A DNA stretch of 64,000 nucleotides, from IMG/VR virus record IMGVR_UViG_3300046170_000302; one strand, 5' to 3'. Source of the DNA: a virus. Taxonomy: Duplodnaviria; Caudoviricetes. Position 1 is the stretch's first letter. Every line of letters begins with the position of its first letter. This document shows, one piece after another, positions 1-8,341 of the stretch. A model generated the notes under the pieces. It made no database searches and was not told the origin of the DNA. It worked only from the letters and a program-made list of their open reading frames with translations. Position numbers and translations under genes: made by a program.

Positions 1-63
1 CCCCGATGATCCTTTGAACTAACTCAATAAATACGATATACTGAAACGAGAAAGAAAATTACT

Positions 64-523
64 ATGGCTACATCAACAAAACTCCCACCTAATGCTTTTG
101 TGCATGAGATTCTTGCACATGTATCTAAACAAAAAAGTGTTGCAAAGAAAGTAGAAGCACTGCAAGAGTACCGTAATGATGCTCTTACTGCAGTTTTGAT
201 TTGGAACTTTGACGATACTGTTTATAGTCTTCTCCCCGAAGGTGAGGTTCCCTTTAACAAGAATGAAGTACCTGTAGGGACCTGACCACACCTCCCTGAG
301 AAGGGAGTGGAAGAACCTCTACCACTTTATCAAGGGTGGTAACGACAAACTCTCCAAGACCCGTAGAGAGTCCATGTTCATTCAAATGTTGGAAGGTCTC
401 CACCCAGAAGAGGCAGGTGTCATCTGTCTGGTGAAGGATAAGAACCTAGGGACAAAATACAAACTGACCAAAGACCACGTAGCTAAAGCCTTTCCTGATA
501 TAGTATGGGGAGGTAGATCGTAA
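64..523 (+). CDS. Conserved T4-like cyanophage hypothetical protein, split by an apparent 1-nt insertion near 280
   Basis: ORF 64..285 continues in the next frame (DHTSLRREWKNLYHFIKGGND...ESMFIQMLEGLHPEEA...AFPDIVWGGRS, TAA 521-523) if one C is removed from gggacctgac. Confidence 0.7.
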
Positions 524-528
524 ATCCT

Positions 529-780
529 ATGAAAATCGTTCACGAAAACTGTGACCTTGAAAAGTGTAACAACATCAAGTTACCAAACACTGCTTATGTT
601 GTGACTTACAAGGTCGATGGTAAAGAGTGTAATGACATTACCATCTCACAGAAACAGGTTGAGATCTTTGACCAGTATTATGACAAGTATAAGAAAGATC
701 TAATTAAGATTGTTCAATCAAAAGGAACAGCAAATCCAAAACTATGGAAAGGAGTGGAGAAAGATGTCAAAGGGGTTTGA
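529..780 (+). CDS. Hypothetical protein
   Basis: 83-aa ORF, tightly packed with its neighbours. Confidence 0.65.
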   Translation: MKIVHENCDLEKCNNIKLPNTAYVVTYKVDGKECNDITISQKQVEIFDQYYDKYKKDLIKIVQSKGTANPKLWKGVEKDVKGV

Positions 781-952
781 TATAAACTTCGAAGGTCTTG
801 ATATGAGCCAAGAAGGTGTTCAAGAACTTGTCAAGAAATATAAGAAGATCAAGAAGTATCAGAAGTCTTCACTGTTTGCGGTGAAGACTATGGATGGTAC
901 AGAAGAGATCGTATCTAAGATGGTAGAGGAAGCCCGTGAAGGAGGGTTCTAA
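764..952 (+). CDS. Hypothetical protein (MSKGFDINF...)
   Basis: Internal ATG at 764 preceded by ggag-like SD; overlaps the upstream stop. Confidence 0.6.
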   Translation: MSKGFDINFEGLDMSQEGVQELVKKYKKIKKYQKSSLFAVKTMDGTEEIVSKMVEEAREGGF

Positions 953-1026
953 TCCTGTTGATGTCCTCAGGTTGATATCAGAACTTGAGGGTAGTTCACA
1001 AATGCTCAATCTATTGGAATGTTATG

Positions 1027-1233
1027 ATGACAAAGAAACGATCGACGAAATCAAAAAGAGGTTTTACAGAATTTACTTCGACCTCAAACGATCCCTACGA
1101 CAGACATAAGTATAGGATGAGGTTTGGTGATACGGATAAAGCCATTATCTTTGATGACTATGAAACTATGAGAGTATTTTGGTTTCAACACGCAGGGATG
1201 AAAAGACCTTGTGTTATTGATGTAATCGATTAA
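1027..1233 (+). CDS. Hypothetical protein
   Basis: Part of ORF 985..1233; start codon uncertain (985, 1024 or 1027). Confidence 0.5.
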   Translation: MTKKRSTKSKRGFTEFTSTSNDPYDRHKYRMRFGDTDKAIIFDDYETMRVFWFQHAGMKRPCVIDVID

Positions 1234-1269
1234 ACTTTGTTAAATAAATATTCGAAAGGTTAGTAGAAT

Positions 1270-1584
1270 ATGCTATCGACCAAGTATCGGCTACGGCTTG
1301 AATTTATCTGTAAGTGTATTGCTAGTGGTGAGGAAGTAAAACTAGATGATATGGTCTGGGCACAGAAACTTGCTAAAGCAAATACATCTGCTAATGAGAT
1401 GTTAAAGAAAGCAAGACGACAATCTTCTCAAGATATTGAGGAAGGTAGTACCGACGATTTTCTGAATAGGATGGGTTTAGGAGACCCCGATCCATCCAAT
1501 CACAAAACGGGGTTTAGTAGTGCTGATGATATCAAGGACTGGTTTAAACAAGACAAACCTAAGGATTGGAGACAGAGGGACTAA
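1270..1584 (+). CDS. Conserved cyanophage hypothetical protein
   Basis: 104-aa ORF preceded by TAAATAAATA (1241-1250), a late-promoter-like sequence. Confidence 0.7.
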   Translation: MLSTKYRLRLEFICKCIASGEEVKLDDMVWAQKLAKANTSANEMLKKARRQSSQDIEEGSTDDFLNRMGLGDPDPSNHKTGFSSADDIKDWFKQDKPKDWRQRD

Positions 1585-1817
1585 TGCAATCAGTAATCTA
1601 TTCGAATAAAAGTCAAGAGTGTGAGAGAGCTATCATGCTTCTCTCAAATGTCCATGAGGATTTTCATGAGTATATCCTAGATGAAGACTTTACTGACAAA
1701 CAATTTCATGCAGAGTTCGGTGATACAGCAGAGTATCCACAGATTTCTATTGGGCTGAAACACAGAGGTGGATTGAAAGAAACCCTTCAGTTCATGAAAG
1801 ATAACAATATGTTCTAA
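1584..1817 (+). CDS. Glutaredoxin-like protein with a degenerate active site
   Basis: TAATG overlap start; Grx-like pattern (VIYS..xCxxA..LL; FG....YPQI.IG....GG); only one Cys (CERA). Confidence 0.6.
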   Translation: MQSVIYSNKSQECERAIMLLSNVHEDFHEYILDEDFTDKQFHAEFGDTAEYPQISIGLKHRGGLKETLQFMKDNNMF

Positions 1818-1819
1818 CC

Positions 1820-1849
1820 TTGACATAAATAGTGTAGAAGTGTTATAAT
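1820..1849 (+). promoter_or_regulatory. Sigma70-like promoter overlapping a late-promoter motif
   Basis: TTGACA 1820-1825, 18-bp spacer, extended TGnTATAAT 1841-1849; ATAAATA at 1825-1831. Confidence 0.8.
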
Positions 1850-1856
1850 AACACTG

Positions 1857-1903
1857 TCGTTCATCAGAGGTAACTCTGACGCAAGTAAGTTGACTCGGAA
1901 CGG
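1857..1903 (+). ncRNA. glnA (glutamine riboswitch class I)-like motif, unit 1
   Basis: CGTTC (1858-62) pairs with GAACG (1898-1902); hairpin TCAGAG-GTAA-CTCTGA (1864-79); followed by CGCAAGTAAG, resembling the glnA pattern CGUUCAUC..GACGGAAGUA..GAAGGAACG as I recall it. Confidence 0.55.
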
Positions 1904-1904
1904 A

Positions 1905-2089
1905 GCGTTCATCCTATGGTTGATTTCTTTTTATATACAACACTCAGTTGTTCTGATGCCGATAGCATTATGCTACGGATGAGGAGTAATGATGATCTTA
2001 ACGCATCAAGTTAGGATTGAATTGGTGGAGGTTCTAAAAGAATCTACACCAGAGTGTCCATGGGACGCAAAAGGCAACTGAAGGAACGG
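1905..2089 (+). ncRNA. glnA-like motif, unit 2, with a 138-nt loop inside P2
   Basis: CGTTCA-TCCTATGG (1906-1919) ... CCATGGGA-CGCAAAAGGCAACTGAAGGAACG (2058-2088); 8-bp P2 (one G-U) and 5-bp P1. Confidence 0.5.
1916..2081 (+). CDS. Small (~54 aa) cyanophage protein nested in the RNA motif, with an apparent 1-nt insertion near 2007
   Basis: GGAG 1902-1905 then ATG 1916; removing one base gives MVDFFLYTTLSCSDADSIMLRMRSNDDLNAQVRIELVEVLKESTPECPWDAKGN, TGA 2079-2081. Confidence 0.55.
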
Positions 2090-2122
2090 GGCCTAAAAAT
2101 CCAACTACTTCAGGAGTATCAA

Positions 2123-2257
2123 ATGAAAGTCACGTATCGTGGTGTGTCGTATGACACAGTTGAGTATCAGAACAGACCCCAAGTTACCAAAAAAGTAACT
2201 GAAGTCTATCGTGGTATCAATCACACCGAAACTGTAAAAGTGGAGGTATCAAAATGA
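2123..2257 (+). CDS. DUF4278-like small protein
   Basis: AGGAG SD at 2112-2116; MKVTYRGVSY...EVYRGI, two YRG motifs typical of DUF4278. Confidence 0.7.
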   Translation: MKVTYRGVSYDTVEYQNRPQVTKKVTEVYRGINHTETVKVEVSK

Positions 2258-2361
2258 ATATACTTGCCATCGAGCAAAGAAAGATTCTCAAGAAAAAAGC
2301 TATCAAGGTAGCTCAACTTGAGTTGACTAAGAAAACACTTGTTTGTTCTAACAACAAGTGA
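2254..2361 (+). CDS. Small basic protein (35 aa)
   Basis: ATGA overlap, GGAGG SD; MNILAIEQRKILKKKAIKVAQLELTKKTLVCSNNK. Confidence 0.55.
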   Translation: MNILAIEQRKILKKKAIKVAQLELTKKTLVCSNNK

Positions 2362-2368
2362 TATAATT

Positions 2369-2393
2369 AAGGGAGGTAATACTCCCTTTTTTT
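2369..2393 (+). terminator. Rho-independent terminator
   Basis: AAGGGAG-GTAATA-CTCCCTT stem followed by a T run. Confidence 0.75.
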
Positions 2394-2394
2394 A

Positions 2395-2556
2395 ATGGAA
2401 AAAGATAAACTCAAACTAATAACCAGAAACCTAAGACTGTTGGTAGATGCGCTGGAGTCTGAAGTTTATTCTGATGTAAAGGCTTATACTGAACGAATGG
2501 AAGAGACACTCCCTCCTCTCCCAGATTATGACGAGGTATTTGAAGATGATGAATGA
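2395..2556 (+). CDS. Small conserved cyanophage hypothetical protein
   Basis: MEKDKLKLITRNLRLLVDALESEVYSD...DYDEVFEDDE, read directly (below the ORF-track cutoff). Confidence 0.6.
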   Translation: MEKDKLKLITRNLRLLVDALESEVYSDVKAYTERMEETLPPLPDYDEVFEDDE

Positions 2557-2762
2557 TTGGAGATACACGGATGAAAGAATGGAACTAAGGGGTGTTTGCT
2601 TAAGCATTCTTCTAAATAAGTATGGTGGAGCAAGGATTGAAGAAGCCTCCTACTCAACTAAAGATATTTACGAATGCGTCGATACCTGGGTCAGTCAAGG
2701 GAATAAAATTTCTCATGGTATCGAATCTTACTTTAAGACTTATTTTTCTAACACCTACTTAA
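2546..2762 (+). CDS. Hypothetical protein (MMNDWRYTDERM...), apparently fused to the next gene by an insertion
   Basis: Removing one T from tactta-atg (2756-2764) creates a TAATG stop/start overlap, which is common in this genome. Confidence 0.5.
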
Positions 2763-2941
2763 TGTACGTTACACATAACAATTACGAAAGAGCTTTAAGA
2801 CAATTTAGTATTCAAGTTGAATACATATGTGCAGCGGAGATGGCTGGTAAGATTGATTCTGAGGAAGCATACCAACGAATCAAGACCCAACTTAAGACAG
2901 TCAAGAAAGTTAGAAAGTCTGTTAGAACAGGCGTACAATAA
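2762..2941 (+). CDS. Hypothetical protein ([12 protein letters not shown]...)
   Basis: C-terminal part of ORF 2528..2941 with its own ATG at 2762. Confidence 0.5.
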   Translation: MYVTHNNYERALRQFSIQVEYICAAEMAGKIDSEEAYQRIKTQLKTVKKVRKSVRTGVQ

Positions 2942-3021
2942 GAGTCATTCTGAATATCCAAACTCGATATTCTTTGTTCAATAATGTGAGTGGAAGAAAC
3001 CCAATGGACCAATCAGAAAAG

Positions 3022-3658
3022 ATGAAACCCGGAGCTAAGTTAGTATCGGTTACGCCCGATGCTGAAAAACATATAGCATTCTGTGCTAGGGTGAGTAATC
3101 CAAACAACCAGGACAACGAAAAGTTTTCTGGTCTACTAAAGTATTGCATCAAGAATCAACACTGGAGTATCTTTGAACAGGCGTTCATGACTCTAGAGAT
3201 AACTACCAACAGGGGTATCGCAGCTCAAATCCTGCGGCACCGTTCGTTCACTTTCCAGGAATTCTCACAGAGGTATGCCTCTACAGATTTCCTAGGTGAG
3301 ATTGAACTGCCTGAACTTCGTCGTCAGGATGATAAGAATAGACAGAACTAGTATTGATGATCTTGATCCTGAACTCATTGATAAACTTGAGAGACAGATG
3401 GTAACTCTCTTTAGTTCTGCCAACTCTCTGTATCAACAGATGTTGTCAGCAGGTGTTGCTAAGGAGTGTGCACGCTTTGTGTTACCTCTTGCAACGCCAA
3501 CTAAAATCTACATGACAGGCTCAATTCGCAGTTGGTTACATTATATTGATCTGAGATCTTCCAATGGAACTCAGAAAGAACATATGGATATTGCCAACAA
3601 CTGTAAAGAGATCTTTGTAGAACAGTTCCCATCTATTGCAGAAGCTATGGAATGGTGA
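3022..3658 (+). CDS. thyX: Flavin-dependent thymidylate synthase ThyX, frameshifted near 3349
   Basis: [14 protein letters not shown] signature, [25 protein letters not shown]; removing the T in aac-t-agt joins the two halves; start may be 3004 or 3022. Confidence 0.92.
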
Positions 3659-3689
3659 TACATAAATATACACACTGAAAACGGATATT

Positions 3690-3935
3690 ATGGCAAAGTA
3701 TGATGTGGTAAACACAGATACTGGGGAAACTAAGATCATTGACGTTAGTGTTCATGAGATTACCCAGTGGTATGAAGACAACCCTGAGTGGAGAAGGGAT
3801 TGGTCTCAAGGAGCAGCACCATCGATTGGTATGGTTGGAGAAGTTTATGATAAACTTAAGAAGACTCATCCAGGTTGGAATGATGTTCTTCATAAAGCAT
3901 CTAAAGCTCCCAAGTCAATTGTCAAACCTATTTGA
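3690..3935 (+). CDS. Conserved cyanophage hypothetical protein (typically upstream of phoH)
   Basis: 81-aa ORF after the late-promoter motif ATAAATA at 3662-3668. Confidence 0.7.
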   Translation: MAKYDVVNTDTGETKIIDVSVHEITQWYEDNPEWRRDWSQGAAPSIGMVGEVYDKLKKTHPGWNDVLHKASKAPKSIVKPI

Positions 3936-3940
3936 ATCAC

Positions 3941-4702
3941 ATGCCTAGAAAGAGTAAGTCCGGTATTGGTACGAACCCTGTCCCCTTTGGTACAAGTAAT
4001 AGGGCAATGAAAAGAAAGAAACCAATCAATTTAGATTACATCAAAAAGATTGAACCTCTCACTGAGAACCAACAAAAGTTCTTTGAAGAGTATGGGAAAG
4101 ATCAGAACTTGGTTGCATATGGTGTAGCTGGTACAGGTAAAACCTTTATCACCCTTTACAACGCTCTTCTGGATGTCCTAGATCCTAAGACACCCTATGA
4201 CAAGATCTACATCGTCAGGTCTCTTGTGGCTACCCGAGAGATTGGGTTCCTTCCTGGCGATCATGAAGATAAATCATCTTTGTATCAGATCCCATACAAG
4301 AACATGGTAAAATACATGTTCGAGATGCCAGATGACAACTCCTTTGAAATGTTGTATGCTAACCTCAAGGCACAAGGAACTATTAGTTTCTGGAGTACAT
4401 CATTCATTCGTGGTACCACGTTTGATAATGCCATCTTGATTATTGACGAGTTCCAGAACTTGAATTTTCACGAACTTGACAGTATCATTACTAGGGTAGG
4501 TGAGAGTTCTAAGATCTTCTTCTGTGGAGATGCCACTCAGTCTGACTTGACTAAGACAGCTGAGAAGAATGGTATTGTTGACTTCATGTCTATCATCAAG
4601 AACATGCCTTCGTTTGCTACGATTGAGTTCCAGGCAGAGGACATCTGTAGAAGTGGATTGGTTAAGGAATACATCATTGCAAAACTTGAATTAGGTCTTT
4701 AA
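3941..4702 (+). CDS. phoH: PhoH-family ATPase
   Basis: Walker A GVAGTGKT, GFLPGD, IRGTTFDN, IIDEFQN, GDATQSDL. Confidence 0.95.
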   Translation: MPRKSKSGIGTNPVPFGTSNRAMKRKKPINLDYIKKIEPLTENQQKFFEEYGKDQNLVAYGVAGTGKTFITLYNALLDVLDPKTPYDKIYIVRSLVATREIGFLPGDHEDKSSLYQIPYKNMVKYMFEMPDDNSFEMLYANLKAQGTISFWSTSFIRGTTFDNAILIIDEFQNLNFHELDSIITRVGESSKIFFCGDATQSDLTKTAEKNGIVDFMSIIKNMPSFATIEFQAEDICRSGLVKEYIIAKLELGL

Positions 4703-5379
4703 TGTTTACACATAGTGATGTACCTTTCGTTCCCATTGAACGAGAGACGATTGATGGAGTTCGTTACTACAAAGTATTCGGAACAGAAGAACTAGTAAAG
4801 ATGCCTTCGATCACTTCTGTGATTAGTTGGAGAAATCGTAACAAGTTTAAAGCCTGGAGAAAGAAAGTTGGTGAGACTGTTGCCAACAACATTACTCGTA
4901 AGGCCACACATCGTGGCACTGATGCTCACACACTGATTGAAGAGTATCTGAATAACTCAGAGACATTCTCTGATGTTCTTCCTCTATCTCAGTTCCTATT
5001 CAAACAGGCTAAACCTGAACTGAATAAGATTGATAACATTCTTTGTCAAGAGACAGCACTTTACAGTACCCAACTTGGTATTGCTGGTAGTGTTGATTGT
5101 ATCGCTGAGTTTGATGGTGAGTTGGCAGTGATTGACTTTAAGACATCAGCTAAACCCAAACCACGGGAGTGGATTGAAGACTACTTTGTTCAGTGTGCAG
5201 CATACGCTTGTATGTTGTATGAGATGAAGGGTATAATGGTTAAGAAGTTTGTCATTATCATGACATGTGAAGACGGTGAATGTGTAGTCTATGAAGAACG
5301 AGACAAGAAAAAGTACATCAACCTTCTCTCCGAGTATATTAGAGAGTTTGTTGAATCTAAATTACAGGAATATGCTTAA
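4702..5379 (+). CDS. PD-(D/E)xK exonuclease of T4-like cyanophages
   Basis: PSITSVI, RGTDAH, AGSVDCIAEFDGELAVIDFKTS, YFVQCAAYA motifs; located between phoH and gp33. Confidence 0.85.
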   Translation: MFTHSDVPFVPIERETIDGVRYYKVFGTEELVKMPSITSVISWRNRNKFKAWRKKVGETVANNITRKATHRGTDAHTLIEEYLNNSETFSDVLPLSQFLFKQAKPELNKIDNILCQETALYSTQLGIAGSVDCIAEFDGELAVIDFKTSAKPKPREWIEDYFVQCAAYACMLYEMKGIMVKKFVIIMTCEDGECVVYEERDKKKYINLLSEYIREFVESKLQEYA

Positions 5380-5641
5380 TCCTGAAGAGAAGAAACTAAA
5401 CGAAATCTTTGAGAGCAAGTTCTATTGTCCTCAGAGATTTGCCGAAGAGATCGAGAAGTTAGTTCACAACTCAAAGGAGATGAAGTATGTTGATGCTATC
5501 ATTCACTTTTGTGAAGAGAACAACTTGGATGTAGAATCAGTTCCCAAACTGATATCCAAACCATTGAAAGAGAAGATCAAGGTGGAAGCCATGGAAAACA
5601 ATCTTCTCAAGCGTACATCACATGCTAAACTCCCATTATGA
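5372..5641 (+). CDS. 33: Late-transcription co-activator gp33
   Basis: FAEEIEKLV...YVDAIIHFCEENNLDVESVPKLISKPLKEKIKVEA; synteny. Confidence 0.85.
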   Translation: MLNPEEKKLNEIFESKFYCPQRFAEEIEKLVHNSKEMKYVDAIIHFCEENNLDVESVPKLISKPLKEKIKVEAMENNLLKRTSHAKLPL

Positions 5642-6243
5642 TTCCTAAAGTGACAGACTACGAAGTTTATAAAACATACCTTGGTATATCAAGACACTTT
5701 ACAAGTGAGTCTTATGACTATCAAAAGTATCAAGGTAAAGTGAGATGTAGTCTGAATAGCTTTTACAAAAACAAACAGAGGTTCTGGTTTGAGAAACTCT
5801 CTAGGAAGTATGATGATCAGGAGATAAAAGAATTATTCATCTCCAACTATGCCTTGTCTGATGATAACTCTAAGATTTGGATTGGTAACTTGGTAAGAGA
5901 AGGTGAGACTCTCTATCAAGAGTGGAAGAAGCAACAACAAAGTATGAGTTATCTTTTCAGAGAGGAGTGTGAAAAGATATTTGATGACAATAAGATTGAT
6001 GATGTATTTGATTGTGCCAAGGGACATCCTATCATCCTGAAGAAACACCTTAGTAAGGAAGTCTCTCTTGAAACTTTGATCATCTGTGATAGAATACTCT
6101 CATATAAGAACAGGTTTGATGGTTCTCTCAAAGATCCTGTATGGGAATCAGTGAGTATGAAGATGAAAAAGTACTCACCATTTATGAATATAGATACATT
6201 TAAGTACAAAAAGATTTTAAAAGAAGTTGTATTAGGAAGATGA
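5638..6243 (+). CDS. 59: Helicase loader gp59
   Basis: YKTYLGISRHFTSESYDYQKYQGK, GHPIILK, SLETLII; synteny 33-59-32. Confidence 0.88.
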   Translation: MIPKVTDYEVYKTYLGISRHFTSESYDYQKYQGKVRCSLNSFYKNKQRFWFEKLSRKYDDQEIKELFISNYALSDDNSKIWIGNLVREGETLYQEWKKQQQSMSYLFREECEKIFDDNKIDDVFDCAKGHPIILKKHLSKEVSLETLIICDRILSYKNRFDGSLKDPVWESVSMKMKKYSPFMNIDTFKYKKILKEVVLGR

Positions 6244-6573
6244 GTTTTTTCAATTCAGAGTTTGTTCAGGAAGAATTAAAAGAGATCTCTACCCTACAAG
6301 AAGAGATCTATGAGAAGATGTATGCCTTCTCTGATATGAATAAGGAAGATAAACTCTATCATGTTGAAGTATTGGAAAAACTTCTGACTAAACAAAGGAT
6401 CCTATATACTAGGATGAGTTTGTCTGATGATCCTGATGCAAAGAGCATGAAGGAAACTATCATGAGTCAAGCAGTAATGTTGGGGTTTCCCACCTAACAC
6501 AGACATTTCATATGTGTTTGCTAACATGACAGGTATTATTACCAACATGAAGAAGGCAATCGCTGAAAGTTAG
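6240..6573 (+). CDS. DUF1825-like conserved cyanophage protein, frameshifted near 6490
   Basis: MSFFNSEFVQEEL...YTRMSLSDDPDA; removing one C extends it to GFPPNTDISYVFANMTGII...ES, TAG 6571-6573. Confidence 0.65.
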
Positions 6574-6647
6574 ACTATAATAATACTGGGCTGGACGATC
6601 CCTAAGCTAAGTCACACAAGCCAAATACAAAACATACGAGGTACAAA

Positions 6648-7595
6648 ATGGGTTTCGGAGACCTGAAGAAGCAGTCTTCTCTTGGTAGTCTTACTGCCAA
6701 ACTTGTTAAAGAAGTAGAGAAGCAAAATGGAGGTGGCCAAGGCGGAGCTGATGAACGCCTATGGAAACCAGTCATGGATAAGAGTGGTAACGGTTATGCC
6801 GTCATTCGATTCCTCCCAGCACCTGATGGAGAAGATCTCCCTTGGGCAAAGATGTTCTCTCATGCCTTCCAAGGAAACGGTGGATGGTATATCGAGAACT
6901 CACTCACCACTATCGGACAGAAAGACCCTCTGGGTGAACTGAACCGTGAACTGTGGAACAGTGGTAATGATTCTGATAAGGACACAGTTCGTAAACAGAA
7001 ACGTAAACTCTCCTTCTACGCCAACATTTATGTTGTCAAAGATCCTGCCAATCCTCAGAATGAGGGTGGAGTATTCCTCTACAAGTTCGGTAAGAAGATC
7101 TTTGATAAGATCATGGAAGCAATGCAACCTGAGTTTGAAGATGAAGAGGCAATCAATCCCTTCGACTTCTGGCAAGGAGCAAACTTCAAACTGAAACTGA
7201 AGAAGGTTGCTGGTTATTGGAACTATGATTCCAGTGAGTTCGCAAACGTTGGTCCACTCTTGGACGACGATGATGCTATGGAAGCCATCTGGAAGAAAGA
7301 GTATTCACTTTCTGCCTTGGTTGCACCAGATCAATTTAAATCCTATGATGATCTGAAGAAGCGTCTTGATAATGTATTAGGTACAACATCAACACGTCAA
7401 GCAGCACAAGAAACACAGTATGATAACTACCAAGCAACAGAACAGAAGCGAGTCACAGAAGAGGAGGTCATGCAGAAGCTTGAAGACTCTTATCAGGCAG
7501 CCAAATCAACACCCACTGCTAGTGTCAGCAATACTAGTGACGGAGATGACGAGGAAGATCCTATGAGTTACTTCTCTAAGTTGGCTGATAGTTAA
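6648..7595 (+). CDS. 32: Single-stranded DNA-binding protein gp32
   Basis: DKSGNGYAVIRFLP, WYIENSLTT, YKFGKKIFDKI, NPFDFWQGANFKLK, acidic tail DPMSYFSKLA. Confidence 0.96.
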   Translation: MGFGDLKKQSSLGSLTAKLVKEVEKQNGGGQGGADERLWKPVMDKSGNGYAVIRFLPAPDGEDLPWAKMFSHAFQGNGGWYIENSLTTIGQKDPLGELNRELWNSGNDSDKDTVRKQKRKLSFYANIYVVKDPANPQNEGGVFLYKFGKKIFDKIMEAMQPEFEDEEAINPFDFWQGANFKLKLKKVAGYWNYDSSEFANVGPLLDDDDAMEAIWKKEYSLSALVAPDQFKSYDDLKKRLDNVLGTTSTRQAAQETQYDNYQATEQKRVTEEEVMQKLEDSYQAAKSTPTASVSNTSDGDDEEDPMSYFSKLADS

Positions 7596-7620
7596 ACCAA
7601 AATCAACTATTGATTTCATT

Positions 7621-7652
7621 TACCTAGGATAAAAAATCCTGGGTATTTTTTT
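7621..7652. terminator. Probable bidirectional terminator between convergent gp32 and gp53
   Basis: TACCTAGGAT-AAAAA-ATCCTGGGTA hairpin followed by a T run. Confidence 0.6.
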
Positions 7653-7666
7653 GCCCTATTACTTTT

Positions 7667-8341
7667 TTACTGATACAATCTGATGTTGTCACCACGAGTA
7701 AGTGACCTGCCGATGTATTGAGTACTACCTTCCTTATATGGCATCAGTTCTTCAATATCATTAAGAATGACTGTAAGATACTCTGCTTTGAGTAGGAAGA
7801 TATTTGATTTATCTTCTCTGACCTTATCCTCATAGACAAGATTGGATACTTCACCTGTTATGTTATTTGCAATAACTTCCTCACCTATTCCACTATCAAA
7901 GTAAGTGATTGAGAAATCTTGTGGAACTTCTAATCCTTTGGGAACAATTACATTCTTTTTGGTATCAAGAACTTCTATTGTTTCATAGTGATGAACACCA
8001 TACATGTTTTCATAAGAACTATACTTATTCATCAGATAATTGTCATAGGAGACCTGATCCATAGGCCACTCTGTCTGAAGATTGATAATGTTATTGGAAA
8101 GCATTACCAACCAATCAAGATTGGAGTCTTCATACACCTTATAAGCTACAGAGTCAGGTCTCTCTTGACTTTTGATGGTATACTTACTGAACAATGTGAG
8201 ATCACCAAAGATTTCATCAGACAACTTTACTCTCTTGAAGAGGTTCTTTGTCTTAACATAATCATTAATAAGTTTTGAGTTAGGAAGACGACTTACATAG
8301 TCGAAATCTGGTACATGTTTGAAATAAGTTTTGCTAGCCAT
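7667..8341 (-). CDS. 53: Baseplate wedge protein gp53
   Basis: YFKHVPDFDY, RPDSVAYKVY...DWLVMLSNNI, WPM, VHHYET. Confidence 0.88.
   Translation of the reverse strand: MASKTYFKHVPDFDYVSRLPNSKLINDYVKTKNLFKRVKLSDEIFGDLTLFSKYTIKSQERPDSVAYKVYEDSNLDWLVMLSNNIINLQTEWPMDQVSYDNYLMNKYSSYENMYGVHHYETIEVLDTKKNVIVPKGLEVPQDFSITYFDSGIGEEVIANNITGEVSNLVYEDKVREDKSNIFLLKAEYLTVILNDIEELMPYKEGSTQYIGRSLTRGDNIRLYQ

Noticed and set aside
2528-2941. Apparent novel fusion of two small proteins
   Set aside because: Deleting one T at 2759-60 yields the TAATG stop/start overlap typical of this genome, matching the insertion-error pattern.
3296-3360. Split thyX as an intron or intein site or programmed recoding
   Set aside because: There is no intervening sequence; a single extra T explains it and no slippery motif is evident.
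4702-5379. Cas4-like nuclease as part of a CRISPR system
   Set aside because: It occupies the standard cyanophage phoH-exonuclease-gp33 position, with no array or other cas genes.
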